Shown piece by piece: positions 1 through 9,446 of a DNA stretch of 64,000 nt. The notes beneath the pieces are model-generated. The model saw only the letters and a program-made list of their open reading frames with translations. It made no database searches and was not told the DNA's origin. Numbering within the stretch: the first letter of the stretch is position 1; each line of letters starts with the position of its first letter. The position numbers and the translations under genes were made by a program. The DNA is from an uncultured Desulfarculus sp. (GTDB lineage: Bacteria; Desulfobacterota; Desulfarculia; Desulfarculales; Desulfarculaceae): assembly GCA_963665125.2 (NCBI GenBank), contig CAXXUK010000001.1:1120001-1184000 (forward strand). Reading direction: 5' to 3'.

Positions 1-259
1 TGACGCCTTCGGCGTCGCTGGGCTCCAGGATGCGGCATGTGTCGACTTCGAGTTGGGGGCCGAATTTGGGGTGCAGGCAGGCCCTGCCGCTGACCTCGAT
101 CTCCTGGCCTTCGCTGACGCCGAACATGGTGCCGACCATGGTCATCAAGTCGTTCTGCCCCGGCAATCGCACCTTGGCCACGGTATAGCCGTTGTCAGGG
201 TTGTGGAAGGTCAAACGTTCCACCCTTCCCCGGTGCTTTTGTTCGGTTTGGCTGGCCAC
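1..259 (-). CDS. recD2: RecD2-like ATP-dependent DNA helicase, N-terminal part (runs off window edge)
   Basis: Not in ORF track; manual translation from GTG at 259: MASQTEQKHRGRVERLTFHNPDNGYTVAKVRLPG...VGTMFGVSEGQEIEVSGRACLHPKFGPQLEV..., typical RecD2 N-terminus; start abuts the addA stop. Confidence 0.85.
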   Translation of the reverse strand, partial: MASQTEQKHRGRVERLTFHNPDNGYTVAKVRLPGQNDLMTMVGTMFGVSEGQEIEVSGRACLHPKFGPQLEVDTCRILEPSDAEGV

Positions 260-3200
260 TCAGCGCTCCTCCGGGCACAAGGGGGCCAAGGGGCACTTGT
301 CCCTATGGCAATCGCGGCCGACTGGCGCCTGGGCCGGGTCGCAGATGGGGCCCAGGGCGCAGATTTCCCGGGCCGCCCGGGCCAGACGCAGCTCCATGCC
401 GCCCAGGTCCTCGGGTGTAAAATTCATCTCGTGCAGGGCCGCGCCGCCGGGCCCCAGATGCACAAGAACAGCCCTGGGCGCCGGCCCACGGTCCAGCATC
501 CGCCACCAGGCCGTGCTGTAGATCAGCATCTGGTTGCGGTATTTGGCCGGGTCCAGCTTGCGGCCCACCTTGTAGTCGGCAATGATCCAGCCGCCGCCAT
601 CATCCGCCGGGGCTGCCAGATCGATCTCGCCGTTGAGTTCAAGCACGGGGCCGTCGGCATCCAGGCGAAGCAAAAACGGCTGCTCTCTCAGAATGGCCTC
701 CGGTGGCAAGTGCCTCAATCGAGTTGCCAGGGGCAGATCAAAAAAGGCCGATGCCGCGGCCAGGGCATCCGCCACAAGCTCTTCCGGCGCTTGCAGGCGG
801 GTTTGGGCTTCTGTGCAGGCCTCCTCCAAAGCCGGGTTTTCGCCGCTGATGTCCACGAGTTCCAGGATGTTATGCACCAGGCTGCCCAACATCACCGCCC
901 GCTGAACAGCGCCGTGATTGGAATCGCCGCTCAGGCTGCCGGGTAGCGAGGCCGTGTCCAGGCCCAAGCGCTGGGTAAAGACAAAGCGCCGGGGGCATTC
1001 CAGCCAGTCCTCCATGCCGCTGACCGAGGTTTGCACCAGCCTGGTGGGTACGACGCCCGGCGCAATGCAGCGTTGGACAATGGCCCGGCCCTGCTCGCTT
1101 TGGGGACCCGGTTCAGGGGGCAGCATCAGGTTGGCGGCATCGATGGACGGTCCAACCTGGCCAACTTTAGTAACAGCCACGGCCTTGGTCGTCGTAACCG
1201 CCGGATCATCGGCCACGAATTCCCGCACCCACTGGGCCCAGACACCCTGACGACCGGCGCCCGTCAGACTCAGAATCAAGCGCCGCTCGGCCCTGGTGCA
1301 GGCCACGTACAGCAGGCGGGCGGCTTCGGCGTCATCAACGGCCTTGCGGCGTTGGAGCAGGGCCTTGTAAACCGGATTGGCCGGCTTTTGGCCCGTGCTG
1401 AAATCAATGGGCCGCAGACTGATCACCCCGCCGGGCCCCGGACCGGGCAGACTGTCGGCAGGGCCGCGCCCCGCGCCCAGATCGCAGAGTACGACCACCG
1501 GGAATTGCAGGCCCTTTGCCTGGTGGATGGTCATTATCCGCACCATCCTGCCCTGGTTGCCCATCAGCGGCGCTTGAGGGTCCTGGTCTCCCCTGGCGAT
1601 TTTCTGCTCCAGGTCATCAAAATATTGCAGGACGCCGCCGTCGAAAAAACGAGCTGATTCAATTAGTTTGCGCAGGTTGGCCGCCTTTTGCCCGCCGGGG
1701 TCCACAGCCAGCAAAACGGCCTCGTAGTCCGTGGCCGCCGACAACTCGGTGAGCAGTTCGGCCGGGGCCATGCGGGTGGCCCAAGGGCTGAATCCGGCCA
1801 CCAGCGCCCTGGCCTTGGCCAGACGCCGGGCTTGGCCCTGGCCGCACCAGCTGGGTAACGGCGTGTCGCCGCGCAAGGCTTGGGACAAGGGCACGGGTTC
1901 GCCGGTTCCTCCGTGCACCAAGGCCAGCAGGCTTTCGTCGTGCAGGCCAACCAGGGGCGAACGTAAAAACGCAGCCGCCGCCAGGTCGTCATGGGGCCTC
2001 AGCAGCACGCGCAGGCAATTGGCCATGTCGCTGATTTCCAGGCATTGAAAAAAGCCCCTGCCCCGCACGGTGTAGTAGGCCACGCCCGCCTGGGCCAGGG
2101 CCTGCTCATACAGGGCCACCTGGGTCATGCGGCGCAGCAGGATGGCGATATCTCCCGGTGCGGCCTCGCCGCTGTCAATTATCGCCGCCAGGTGGGCGGC
2201 CACGGCGTCGGCCTCGGCGCTACGCCAGGCGGCCGCGTTGCCGCCGTCTTCCAGCAGCCCGGTGCAGTCCAACAGCTCCACGGCGGGTCCGCCGAGCTCG
2301 GCGTATTCGTCCCTGCCCGGCCTTTGGCTATCGTCGGGACGGAATTGCACATGGCAATCAGCGCCGCAAGCCTCCTCAACGCTCTGAGTGAAAACCCGCT
2401 CGAAAATCCGGTTGAAGAAATCTATGAGCCGGGGATGGGAGCGGAAATTGCGTTGCAGGGCCACCAACGAGCCCCAGCCGCCGGTTTCGAACGATTCCAT
2501 GGTCTGGGCGAATAAGCTGACATCCGCGCCCCGGAAGGCATAGATGGACTGCTTGCGGTCACCGACAACCAATAGCAATGGCTTGTCCGCGTCCGCGCCT
2601 GGGTCAACGCCCTCGAGTCCGCACAACAGGCGCACGAAGCGCCCTTGCACCGGGTTGACGTCCTGAAACTCGTCGACCATGATTGCCCGGAATTGGCGGC
2701 GCAGGCCGGCCAGCACGTTGGGCCTCTGCTCCAGCAGATTCAGCGACATCAGCAGCAGATCGTCAAAGCTCAAGGCCGAACGCCGGGTCTTTTCCCTGGC
2801 AAGGTTGATTTCCAGGCGCTGGAGCAAACCAAGCAGCGCGCTGGTCAGTATGGCCGCATCGGGCAAGGAGGACGCTTCGGCCAGGGCCTTGGCCGTGTCC
2901 TTGGCCTGTTTGCGCAGGTCCTTTATTTCGGCCAAGCCGCCCTGATTGGGCCCCAGCGCGGCTTCCACGCCCAGGGCTGCGGCACTGTCCAGGGCGTCGG
3001 TTTGCAAGCGGCCGCTCAATACCGGCCATTGTTTTATAAAATCAAGAAGATATGTGGCGAATTTGGCCTTGGACTTGGCCAGTGAATCATCGCCCGAGAT
3101 CAAGGCCGAGAGTTCATCGCCCAGGCCGATCAGTTGGGCGGCAAGGTTTTGGGCCTGGTCTATGGCCTCATCATGGGCTTGGGCTGCGGCCTCGGCAGCC

Positions 3201-3748
3201 TGAGCCGCGGTTAGGCCCATGGTAGCCAAACCGTGACATGCCTGGGTCAGCATGCCGGCCACGCCCCAGGCCCCCCCCAGGCTATAGTGCTGCAACAGGA
3301 GCTTGAGGTCGTCGTCTTGCCCGGACAAACACAGCCGCAGCAGCGAATCGACAGCCTCTTCCAGCATCCGTTCAAAGGCGTCGGCATCCATGATGCTGAA
3401 ATCAGGGTCAATGCCCAGACCGGCCCCGTGGTCGCGCAGGACCGTGGTGCAAAAGCTGTGGATAGTGGTTATGGGAGCCCATTCCAGGGCCGGGAGCACC
3501 TCCCGCCAGCGCCCGCCAGTGTCAGACGCCTTTTCCGCCGCGGCGGCCATGACCCTGGCCCGCATCTCGGCGGCGGCCTTTTCGGTGAAGGTGATGGCCA
3601 CTATCTGGCCCGGATCAAGGGGCGGCCTGTCACCATTGCCGCCTAGCAGGCCAAGGTAGGCCTCAACCAGGCAGGTGGTCTTGCCCGCACCGGCCCCGGC
3701 CGTGACGCAGTAGTTTTGGTCCATCAGGGCGATGCGTTGCCGGCTCAT
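260..3748 (-). CDS. addA: AddA-like helicase/nuclease (UvrD-family helicase plus C-terminal PD-(D/E)xK nuclease)
   Basis: AGAGAGKT Walker A, ITFTEKAA, TIHSF, VDEFQD, VGDRKQSIYAFRG, NFRS, MTIHQAKGLQF, LYVACTRAE, GEIDL...IADYK. Confidence 0.92.
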   Translation of the reverse strand: MSRQRIALMDQNYCVTAGAGAGKTTCLVEAYLGLLGGNGDRPPLDPGQIVAITFTEKAAAEMRARVMAAAAEKASDTGGRWREVLPALEWAPITTIHSFCTTVLRDHGAGLGIDPDFSIMDADAFERMLEEAVDSLLRLCLSGQDDDLKLLLQHYSLGGAWGVAGMLTQACHGLATMGLTAAQAAEAAAQAHDEAIDQAQNLAAQLIGLGDELSALISGDDSLAKSKAKFATYLLDFIKQWPVLSGRLQTDALDSAAALGVEAALGPNQGGLAEIKDLRKQAKDTAKALAEASSLPDAAILTSALLGLLQRLEINLAREKTRRSALSFDDLLLMSLNLLEQRPNVLAGLRRQFRAIMVDEFQDVNPVQGRFVRLLCGLEGVDPGADADKPLLLVVGDRKQSIYAFRGADVSLFAQTMESFETGGWGSLVALQRNFRSHPRLIDFFNRIFERVFTQSVEEACGADCHVQFRPDDSQRPGRDEYAELGGPAVELLDCTGLLEDGGNAAAWRSAEADAVAAHLAAIIDSGEAAPGDIAILLRRMTQVALYEQALAQAGVAYYTVRGRGFFQCLEISDMANCLRVLLRPHDDLAAAAFLRSPLVGLHDESLLALVHGGTGEPVPLSQALRGDTPLPSWCGQGQARRLAKARALVAGFSPWATRMAPAELLTELSAATDYEAVLLAVDPGGQKAANLRKLIESARFFDGGVLQYFDDLEQKIARGDQDPQAPLMGNQGRMVRIMTIHQAKGLQFPVVVLCDLGAGRGPADSLPGPGPGGVISLRPIDFSTGQKPANPVYKALLQRRKAVDDAEAARLLYVACTRAERRLILSLTGAGRQGVWAQWVREFVADDPAVTTTKAVAVTKVGQVGPSIDAANLMLPPEPGPQSEQGRAIVQRCIAPGVVPTRLVQTSVSGMEDWLECPRRFVFTQRLGLDTASLPGSLSGDSNHGAVQRAVMLGSLVHNILELVDISGENPALEEACTEAQTRLQAPEELVADALAAASAFFDLPLATRLRHLPPEAILREQPFLLRLDADGPVLELNGEIDLAAPADDGGGWIIADYKVGRKLDPAKYRNQMLIYSTAWWRMLDRGPAPRAVLVHLGPGGAALHEMNFTPEDLGGMELRLARAAREICALGPICDPAQAPVGRDCHRDKCPLAPLCPEER

Positions 3749-6700
3749 AACTCACCGCCCTCTTCGGCCGCCGGGTTGACCCTGGCCCGACAGGCCCCGG
3801 CAAAGTCGCAGTACTTGCAGGCCGCTGGGCTGGGCGAGGCCACGAAATCGCCACCGCTCAGGGATGACCACAACCCGGCAATGGCCTCAACCAGCTTGTC
3901 GTTGATAAGCGGATCGTCGGACGCCAGGTCAACCGTTTTGGGGCTGTCAAAGGGCTTGCGGGTGGACACCACCAGCCCCTGGATGTGCTTGACCTCCGGC
4001 CCGCGCACCCTTGCCGAGGCGGCCATGTATGTTGGCATTTGGTAAAATTTGGTAAGCCAATTTTTTGGGTTGGCCATATTCTTGATATTTTGGATGTCGT
4101 TTGCGTGCTTGTAATCGACAACGCGCAGGGTGGAATATTGCTCCGCCGGGTTGGCGTCCAGGCGGTCCAGCCTGCCGCTGATGACTAGGGGCTCTCCCTC
4201 GGCCACGGCTACCTCGAAAGCATTGCCGTTTTCGCCGGAGATATCCTCCTCCACGGCCACGGGGACCATGCCGTCACTGAACAGGGGCCATTGCTGTTCG
4301 ATCACCGCGGCCAGGTACTTTTCCAGGGCCAAACGCCGGGCCTGTCGGGCAAAGGGATGGCCGCCGCCATGCTTGTTGAACTCGGCTTCAAGACACTGGG
4401 CCAGCCTTGCCCTGCGGAACTCGAAATCCCATGTTGGCGCGAAATCATCGGGCTTGAAAAACGCCGCCAGGACGTCATGCACAATTTCGCCCTCCTGGCT
4501 GCCGGATACGCCCCACCCCGGCTCGTCAAGCAGGCGGATACCCAGGAGCCGGGCCAGGAACCAGCTCATGGGGCACTGGGCATAGGCCTCGATCATGCTG
4601 GGCGAAACCTTGCGGCGGGCGGGATCGGCTAAAAGGCTTTGCAGCAGGCCACGGGCGTCATCCGAGCCCATGGCACCGTCATATTCACCGGCGGCATCTA
4701 TCCTGGTCCGGCCCGCCAACGCGTCGAGCCTGGTTCGGGCCGACTCGGTGCCCGCCTTTTGGTTGATCTCCTCCCAGCGCCGGGCCAGGCCGCTGTCTTG
4801 GCCCAGCCAATGCAGCACAGCCTTTGCCATATCCCCCGGCAAGCCGCCGGCAAGATCGGCCGCCAGGGAACCCATGAGCGCCTGGATGCCGTTGCATTCG
4901 TTCAGGGCGGGCAAAGAGCCGAAAACGCCGCCGGGGCTCTTTGTTATCTCCATGCCCGTTAGTCTGGAGACCTCGCGCATCAGGTATGCCGGCTCCAGCT
5001 CCGCGCCGCCCGTGTCGGCCGCCGGGCAGCAGAGCATGACGGTTTCTTCAGCGGCGTACATCAGACCGGCCAGGCGCATCATCTGGCCGCTGTATTCCTC
5101 GTCGTCGGTGCGCCAGATGGGCATGCCCGCCCTTTGCCCCAGGGCCATCCGTTCGGCTGAGGACAGGATGCGAACGGCCTGGGAAATCTGGCGGGGAAAC
5201 TCGTTTTGGGCCAGCCCGCCCACCAGCAGGTATTTGAATTTGGCTCCGGTGGCCTGGTCCAGGCGCATGACCTGGATGCCGCCGTTGGGGCCCTTGGCCG
5301 ATGGGGCCGGATTCATGTCCAGACACTGCTTCAACAATGACAACAGACGCCCGGCGGAAAGCGCAGCATCCCATTGGGCCGTTTCCGCCGCCTGGTCCAG
5401 TTCGCGGCAGGTGCGCCGCAGTAAATCAAGGGCCTTCAACTCGGACACGCGGATGTCCGGCCTGCCTTCCGCCCCGACAATAAGCCGTTCAAGGCCCAAC
5501 TCGTCCAACAAACTTGTTAAATGTGCCGTAAACGATGGAATATCGGCGCTATTCCCGAAGATATCCAGGCGGTTTTGCAGAGCCGCGCAGGCCCAGGCCA
5601 GGTCTTTGTAGGGTGTGCCCTCAAAGCCGCCCAAATAGTCGCCGGGGGGCGTTTCCCGTCCGTCGATATAGCCCGCTTTTTTCAGAAGGAACTCGGCGTT
5701 ATCAACATGCCCACAACCGAGCATCATGTACACAGCCCGGCCTATTAGGGGAGAATCAATGACGTTGGCCAGCGTAACCCGGGGATATCCGCCGGACGGC
5801 AGGGCCAATAAATCCAAAAGCCCGCTGATCAGCGGAGAGGAACCGAGCTTATTGCCGCCGCTGATATTCACCGGCAAACTCATGCGCCCGGCAACGTCGG
5901 CGACCATTTGGCCGTAGATGTCCAGGTCAGGAAAAGCAAGGGCTATTTCATGGGGCGCTGCGCCATTGGAAACAAACTCATCGGCCTTTCGCAGAATAAA
6001 CTCGACTTCACCGTAGCGGCCCGGAGCTTGCACCAGTTCGACGTTTGCGGGCGGGTCATCCAGAGACGCCCCGCCCGGCGCAAGCAGCGAATCAACCAGG
6101 CGGGCAATGGCGTTGTCCGCTTGCGCGTATTGCCATTTGATATCAAGAAACCGGCTGTCGGATGCTTCCAGGTATTCGGCGCTGTTGCGTTGCAGCCTGG
6201 CCAGCTCACCGTTGGAACAATCGTGTGGAGGCAGCGAAAAGCCTATCTCCACGGGCAGTATCTCTGACAAAATCCGGATCAGGCGCATATCCAGTGACCG
6301 CAACCACAGCACATCGTGAAAGATCATGCCGGACCAGGGCAGGCGCAACCGGTCCCGCTGCTGTTCGATGCGGCGTATGCCGTCTGCCTGATCCTCCAGG
6401 CCCATGTCCTCCAGGGCCTGCTCGTATTGGCCAAGCAGATCGGCCAAGGCTTGGCTGCGTTCACCGCCTAGTTTCCTCAGTTGCTCCATATTCAAGCCGC
6501 CGGCCCGTATTTCCACCAGCAGACGCCACAACCGCGACGGCAGGCGCCAGCCCTGGCGCAGACCCTGGAAAATGTCGGCCCTGGCCGGGTCATGGTGCAG
6601 CAGCCGGTGAACCAGCAAAGCTCCAGCCAAGTCGCTCAGGGGCTTCGCCTTGTTTGCCACAGTGAGCATGCTGATTACTTTGGGCAGGAAGTTGTCCTGG

Positions 6701-6840
6701 GTGAAGTTGGCGCCCAACAGCAACATTCCGCCGTTTCTCATCAGTGCGGCACGGGAAACAGCCTGTTTCTGGGCCAGGCCGCTGGGCCAAATATGAGCGA
6801 TAGCTTCAGCACCTGAAATAATATGTGGTTTAAGGGTCAT
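3745..6840 (-). CDS. addB: AddB-like nuclease subunit with Fe-S (iron-staple) nuclease domain
   Basis: C-terminal SPSMIEAYAQCP...GRLDRLD...VVDYK...YQMPTY...CKYCDFAGAC; overlaps addA start by 4 nt; start set at ATG 6840 to minimise overlap with divergent gene. Confidence 0.85.
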   Translation of the reverse strand: MTLKPHIISGAEAIAHIWPSGLAQKQAVSRAALMRNGGMLLLGANFTQDNFLPKVISMLTVANKAKPLSDLAGALLVHRLLHHDPARADIFQGLRQGWRLPSRLWRLLVEIRAGGLNMEQLRKLGGERSQALADLLGQYEQALEDMGLEDQADGIRRIEQQRDRLRLPWSGMIFHDVLWLRSLDMRLIRILSEILPVEIGFSLPPHDCSNGELARLQRNSAEYLEASDSRFLDIKWQYAQADNAIARLVDSLLAPGGASLDDPPANVELVQAPGRYGEVEFILRKADEFVSNGAAPHEIALAFPDLDIYGQMVADVAGRMSLPVNISGGNKLGSSPLISGLLDLLALPSGGYPRVTLANVIDSPLIGRAVYMMLGCGHVDNAEFLLKKAGYIDGRETPPGDYLGGFEGTPYKDLAWACAALQNRLDIFGNSADIPSFTAHLTSLLDELGLERLIVGAEGRPDIRVSELKALDLLRRTCRELDQAAETAQWDAALSAGRLLSLLKQCLDMNPAPSAKGPNGGIQVMRLDQATGAKFKYLLVGGLAQNEFPRQISQAVRILSSAERMALGQRAGMPIWRTDDEEYSGQMMRLAGLMYAAEETVMLCCPAADTGGAELEPAYLMREVSRLTGMEITKSPGGVFGSLPALNECNGIQALMGSLAADLAGGLPGDMAKAVLHWLGQDSGLARRWEEINQKAGTESARTRLDALAGRTRIDAAGEYDGAMGSDDARGLLQSLLADPARRKVSPSMIEAYAQCPMSWFLARLLGIRLLDEPGWGVSGSQEGEIVHDVLAAFFKPDDFAPTWDFEFRRARLAQCLEAEFNKHGGGHPFARQARRLALEKYLAAVIEQQWPLFSDGMVPVAVEEDISGENGNAFEVAVAEGEPLVISGRLDRLDANPAEQYSTLRVVDYKHANDIQNIKNMANPKNWLTKFYQMPTYMAASARVRGPEVKHIQGLVVSTRKPFDSPKTVDLASDDPLINDKLVEAIAGLWSSLSGGDFVASPSPAACKYCDFAGACRARVNPAAEEGGEL

Positions 6841-6892
6841 GAATTCTCTGTTACCATGCTCCACGCTGCAATGGAAAGACCGGAGACAAGGT

Positions 6893-7495
6893 TTGTCCGA
6901 TATAATCAAATTTCCAGACAAGGGCCTGCCCGGCCGGGACAACGTGATCACCACCAAACCTATGCGCCTGCGCTGGGGGGAGTGGCGCTCCAACAAAATT
7001 TTGCAGGTCCACGTGGGCGCGGCGGCCATATACGAGGACTTTCGCCAGGAGTGCATCGAGCAGGGCCATGATCCCGCGTCCCAGGTGCCCCCGGCCCATG
7101 AGCTCAGCGGAGGAATCCGGGAAACCGCCCTGGCCTTGTTGCGCTTTCGCAATAACGAGCAACAGCAGCGCCGCGCCTATTATCTGGCCGCCCTTCTCGA
7201 GGCCCTTATCACCGCCCCTTGCGCCATTTTACGCACCGACCTGATCAGAAGGGTTTACCGGGAGGTCGAAACCCTGTCCGATGAACTGGGCCTGCGCTGG
7301 TCAAGCCATTCCGGCCGGTTGATGCTGTTGCTGGAGCAGGACGCCAAGGACCCGGACATGATGAACAAGCGGCTGGAAAACATCGACAATCTCAGCCGAT
7401 TTTTCGATGAAATAAGGGATATATCCGGCAGCCGCTATCAAGCCTTGGCCACAAATTATATCCTGTACTACCCCAGATTCGTGGGCATCAACTAA
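6893..7495 (+). CDS. hypothetical protein
   Basis: ORF filling the gap between addB and the amidohydrolase; TTG start 6893 preceded by GGAG. Confidence 0.65.
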   Translation: MSDIIKFPDKGLPGRDNVITTKPMRLRWGEWRSNKILQVHVGAAAIYEDFRQECIEQGHDPASQVPPAHELSGGIRETALALLRFRNNEQQQRRAYYLAALLEALITAPCAILRTDLIRRVYREVETLSDELGLRWSSHSGRLMLLLEQDAKDPDMMNKRLENIDNLSRFFDEIRDISGSRYQALATNYILYYPRFVGIN

Positions 7496-8616
7496 AACGA
7501 CCGCCAACTCGGCGAGCACATGAGCAGCGGCTTTTGCCTGGGATCGGCGTCCAGGCCCAAAAACCAGGCCCTGGCACCCGGTCTTATCTCGCCCACTTCG
7601 CCTTCCAGGCCCAGCAACCTGGCCGCCCGGATGGTCGCCGCTTGGAAGATAACCAGAGGATCAAGACCCGATTCGACCCATAATTCCAGTTCGCGCCTGA
7701 CCGCGTGTTCATGGGGCAGCCCGTAGCTTCCAGCGTCGGTGCCCAACACCAGATCTACTCCCAGACTGTCGGCAGTGGTCAAATCGGCGATCTGCCGCCT
7801 GGCTATCTGGCGCAATACGGCCAAAGTGTCCGGGCCGTGACGTCCGTCATTGTCTTCATAATGGGTGGCTATGGGCGCTATGGTCGGCACCCAGCTGACG
7901 CCGCGCTGGGCCATCATCAGCCAGGTGGGCTCGTCCAGAAAATACCCGTGCTCCACGGACCGCACGCCGCAACGCACCGCCCTGCTCACGGCCTCGATGC
8001 CGCTGGCGTGGACGGCCACCGGCAAGCCGGCGTCGTCTGCTTCCCGCACCACGGCCGCCAGGCAGGCCTCATTTACGGCGTCCGGGTGTTCCACCTCGCC
8101 GGGCTGGTCAAAGCTCAACAGCCCGCTGACAAAGACCTTGACCAGGTCCACGCCGGAATTGGCTGTTTTACGGGCCTGGATTGCGAATTGCTCGGGTGTG
8201 TCGAGTTTGTGGGCCAGCCAGCAAGAGCCGGGACCGTTGATGCACAGGCCTGGTCCACTCACTTTGACCAGGGGAGCCCGGTTCTTTATCGCGGCGGGAG
8301 TGGCGTCAACCGGCCTGTTGCCCAGATCGCGCACGGCGGCGATGCCGGCACGGTGAAACTCTTCAAGGCTGTTGTTCAGGTTGGATCGCATCAAAAGATG
8401 CACATGGGCGTCTAGGGGCGCGGGGCTCAGCCAAAGATCAGGCAGCAGCAGGCGTTTGGCCCCAGAGGCCAGGGCCGCCTGACCCAAGGATTCGATCCGG
8501 CCCTTGTTGATCAGCACCGCGGCCGGGGCGTCATCAGCTATGTTTGCCCCGGCAAGGCCTTTGGCGACCAGGCATACGGGGCCTTTGGATAGTTCCGGTG
8601 GCGTTTCGTCAGGCAA
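7492..8616 (-). CDS. metal-dependent amidohydrolase
   Basis: DAHVH, VKVF, AVHA, SVEHG, LGTDAG, GEIRPG motifs. Confidence 0.88.
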   Translation of the reverse strand: MPDETPPELSKGPVCLVAKGLAGANIADDAPAAVLINKGRIESLGQAALASGAKRLLLPDLWLSPAPLDAHVHLLMRSNLNNSLEEFHRAGIAAVRDLGNRPVDATPAAIKNRAPLVKVSGPGLCINGPGSCWLAHKLDTPEQFAIQARKTANSGVDLVKVFVSGLLSFDQPGEVEHPDAVNEACLAAVVREADDAGLPVAVHASGIEAVSRAVRCGVRSVEHGYFLDEPTWLMMAQRGVSWVPTIAPIATHYEDNDGRHGPDTLAVLRQIARRQIADLTTADSLGVDLVLGTDAGSYGLPHEHAVRRELELWVESGLDPLVIFQAATIRAARLLGLEGEVGEIRPGARAWFLGLDADPRQKPLLMCSPSWRSF

Positions 8617-9088
8617 GACGCTTCACCAGCCCGGCCACCAATGCGCCGTAGTTATCGCATTCGGCCAGGGCGCGTTCGTCCGGTTCGCCGATGGCCAGCG
8701 GGCCGAAATGGCCGCCCTTGCGTGAGCCCTGCACTACCATGCCGTGGATCATCAGACCGGCCAGAAGGCTGATCATGGTCAGTTCACCGCCGCCGCCGAT
8801 GCCGCCGGTGCTGCAAAACACGCCGCCGACCTTGCCAACGAGTTCACCCTTGCCAAAGAACTTGATCGACTCGTCGATGAATTTCTTGATCTCGGCAGCC
8901 ATTACGCCAAAGTAGCACGGCGAACCCAGGACAATGCCGTCGAATTCCGTCAGCCGGTTCTGGTCAAACTCGGTCACCTTGGCCACTTCCACTTCCACGC
9001 CGTTTTTCTCGGCTGCCAGGCCGATCGCCTCGGCCATCTTGCGGGTGTTGCCGCCATGGGAATAAAATGCCACCAACAATTTAGCCAT
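8609..9088 (-). CDS. flavodoxin-like / WrbA-family NAD(P)H-dependent oxidoreductase
   Basis: YSHGGNT FMN loop, LGSPCYFG, GKVGGVFCSTGG. Confidence 0.85.
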   Translation of the reverse strand: MAKLLVAFYSHGGNTRKMAEAIGLAAEKNGVEVEVAKVTEFDQNRLTEFDGIVLGSPCYFGVMAAEIKKFIDESIKFFGKGELVGKVGGVFCSTGGIGGGGELTMISLLAGLMIHGMVVQGSRKGGHFGPLAIGEPDERALAECDNYGALVAGLVKRLA

Positions 9089-9128
9089 TATTCAGACCTC
9101 GTCTAATGAATTGATGCCGCTTGGGAGT

Positions 9129-9446
9129 CTACTCGGTTGAGCTTTCACCATCCGGCAAGGCAGGTTCGTCATGGTGAGGCGGCAGCTGGGCTCCAGCCTT
9201 AACCGGAGGCAGCGCGTCACCCAAGGAAACCCGCACGCCGCCGTTGACGATGCCGCCCAGCTCGATGGAAAGGGAGCGGCAGGTCACATTGCCCTGAATC
9301 CAGCCCGTGGATTTTACGATAACGCGGTTGCCCATGAGGTTCCCTTCGAGGCCGCCTTCGACAATAAGAATGTCATCACTGAAGATATCGCCTCGAAAAT
9401 ATGTTCCGCCGGCCAAGATGGTCAACTTGTTGCCCTTGCCGCCCAA
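9129..9446 (-). CDS. bactofilin (polymer-forming cytoskeletal protein, CcmA family)
   Basis: TILAGGTYFRGDI..LIVEGGLEGNL...GWIQGNV...LSIELGGIVNG beta-helix repeats. Confidence 0.85.
   Translation of the reverse strand: MGGKGNKLTILAGGTYFRGDIFSDDILIVEGGLEGNLMGNRVIVKSTGWIQGNVTCRSLSIELGGIVNGGVRVSLGDALPPVKAGAQLPPHHDEPALPDGESSTE

Noticed and set aside
6841..7152. N-terminal extension of addB in the ORF track
   Set aside because: Overlaps the divergent gene and reads as non-coding; ATG 6840 preferred
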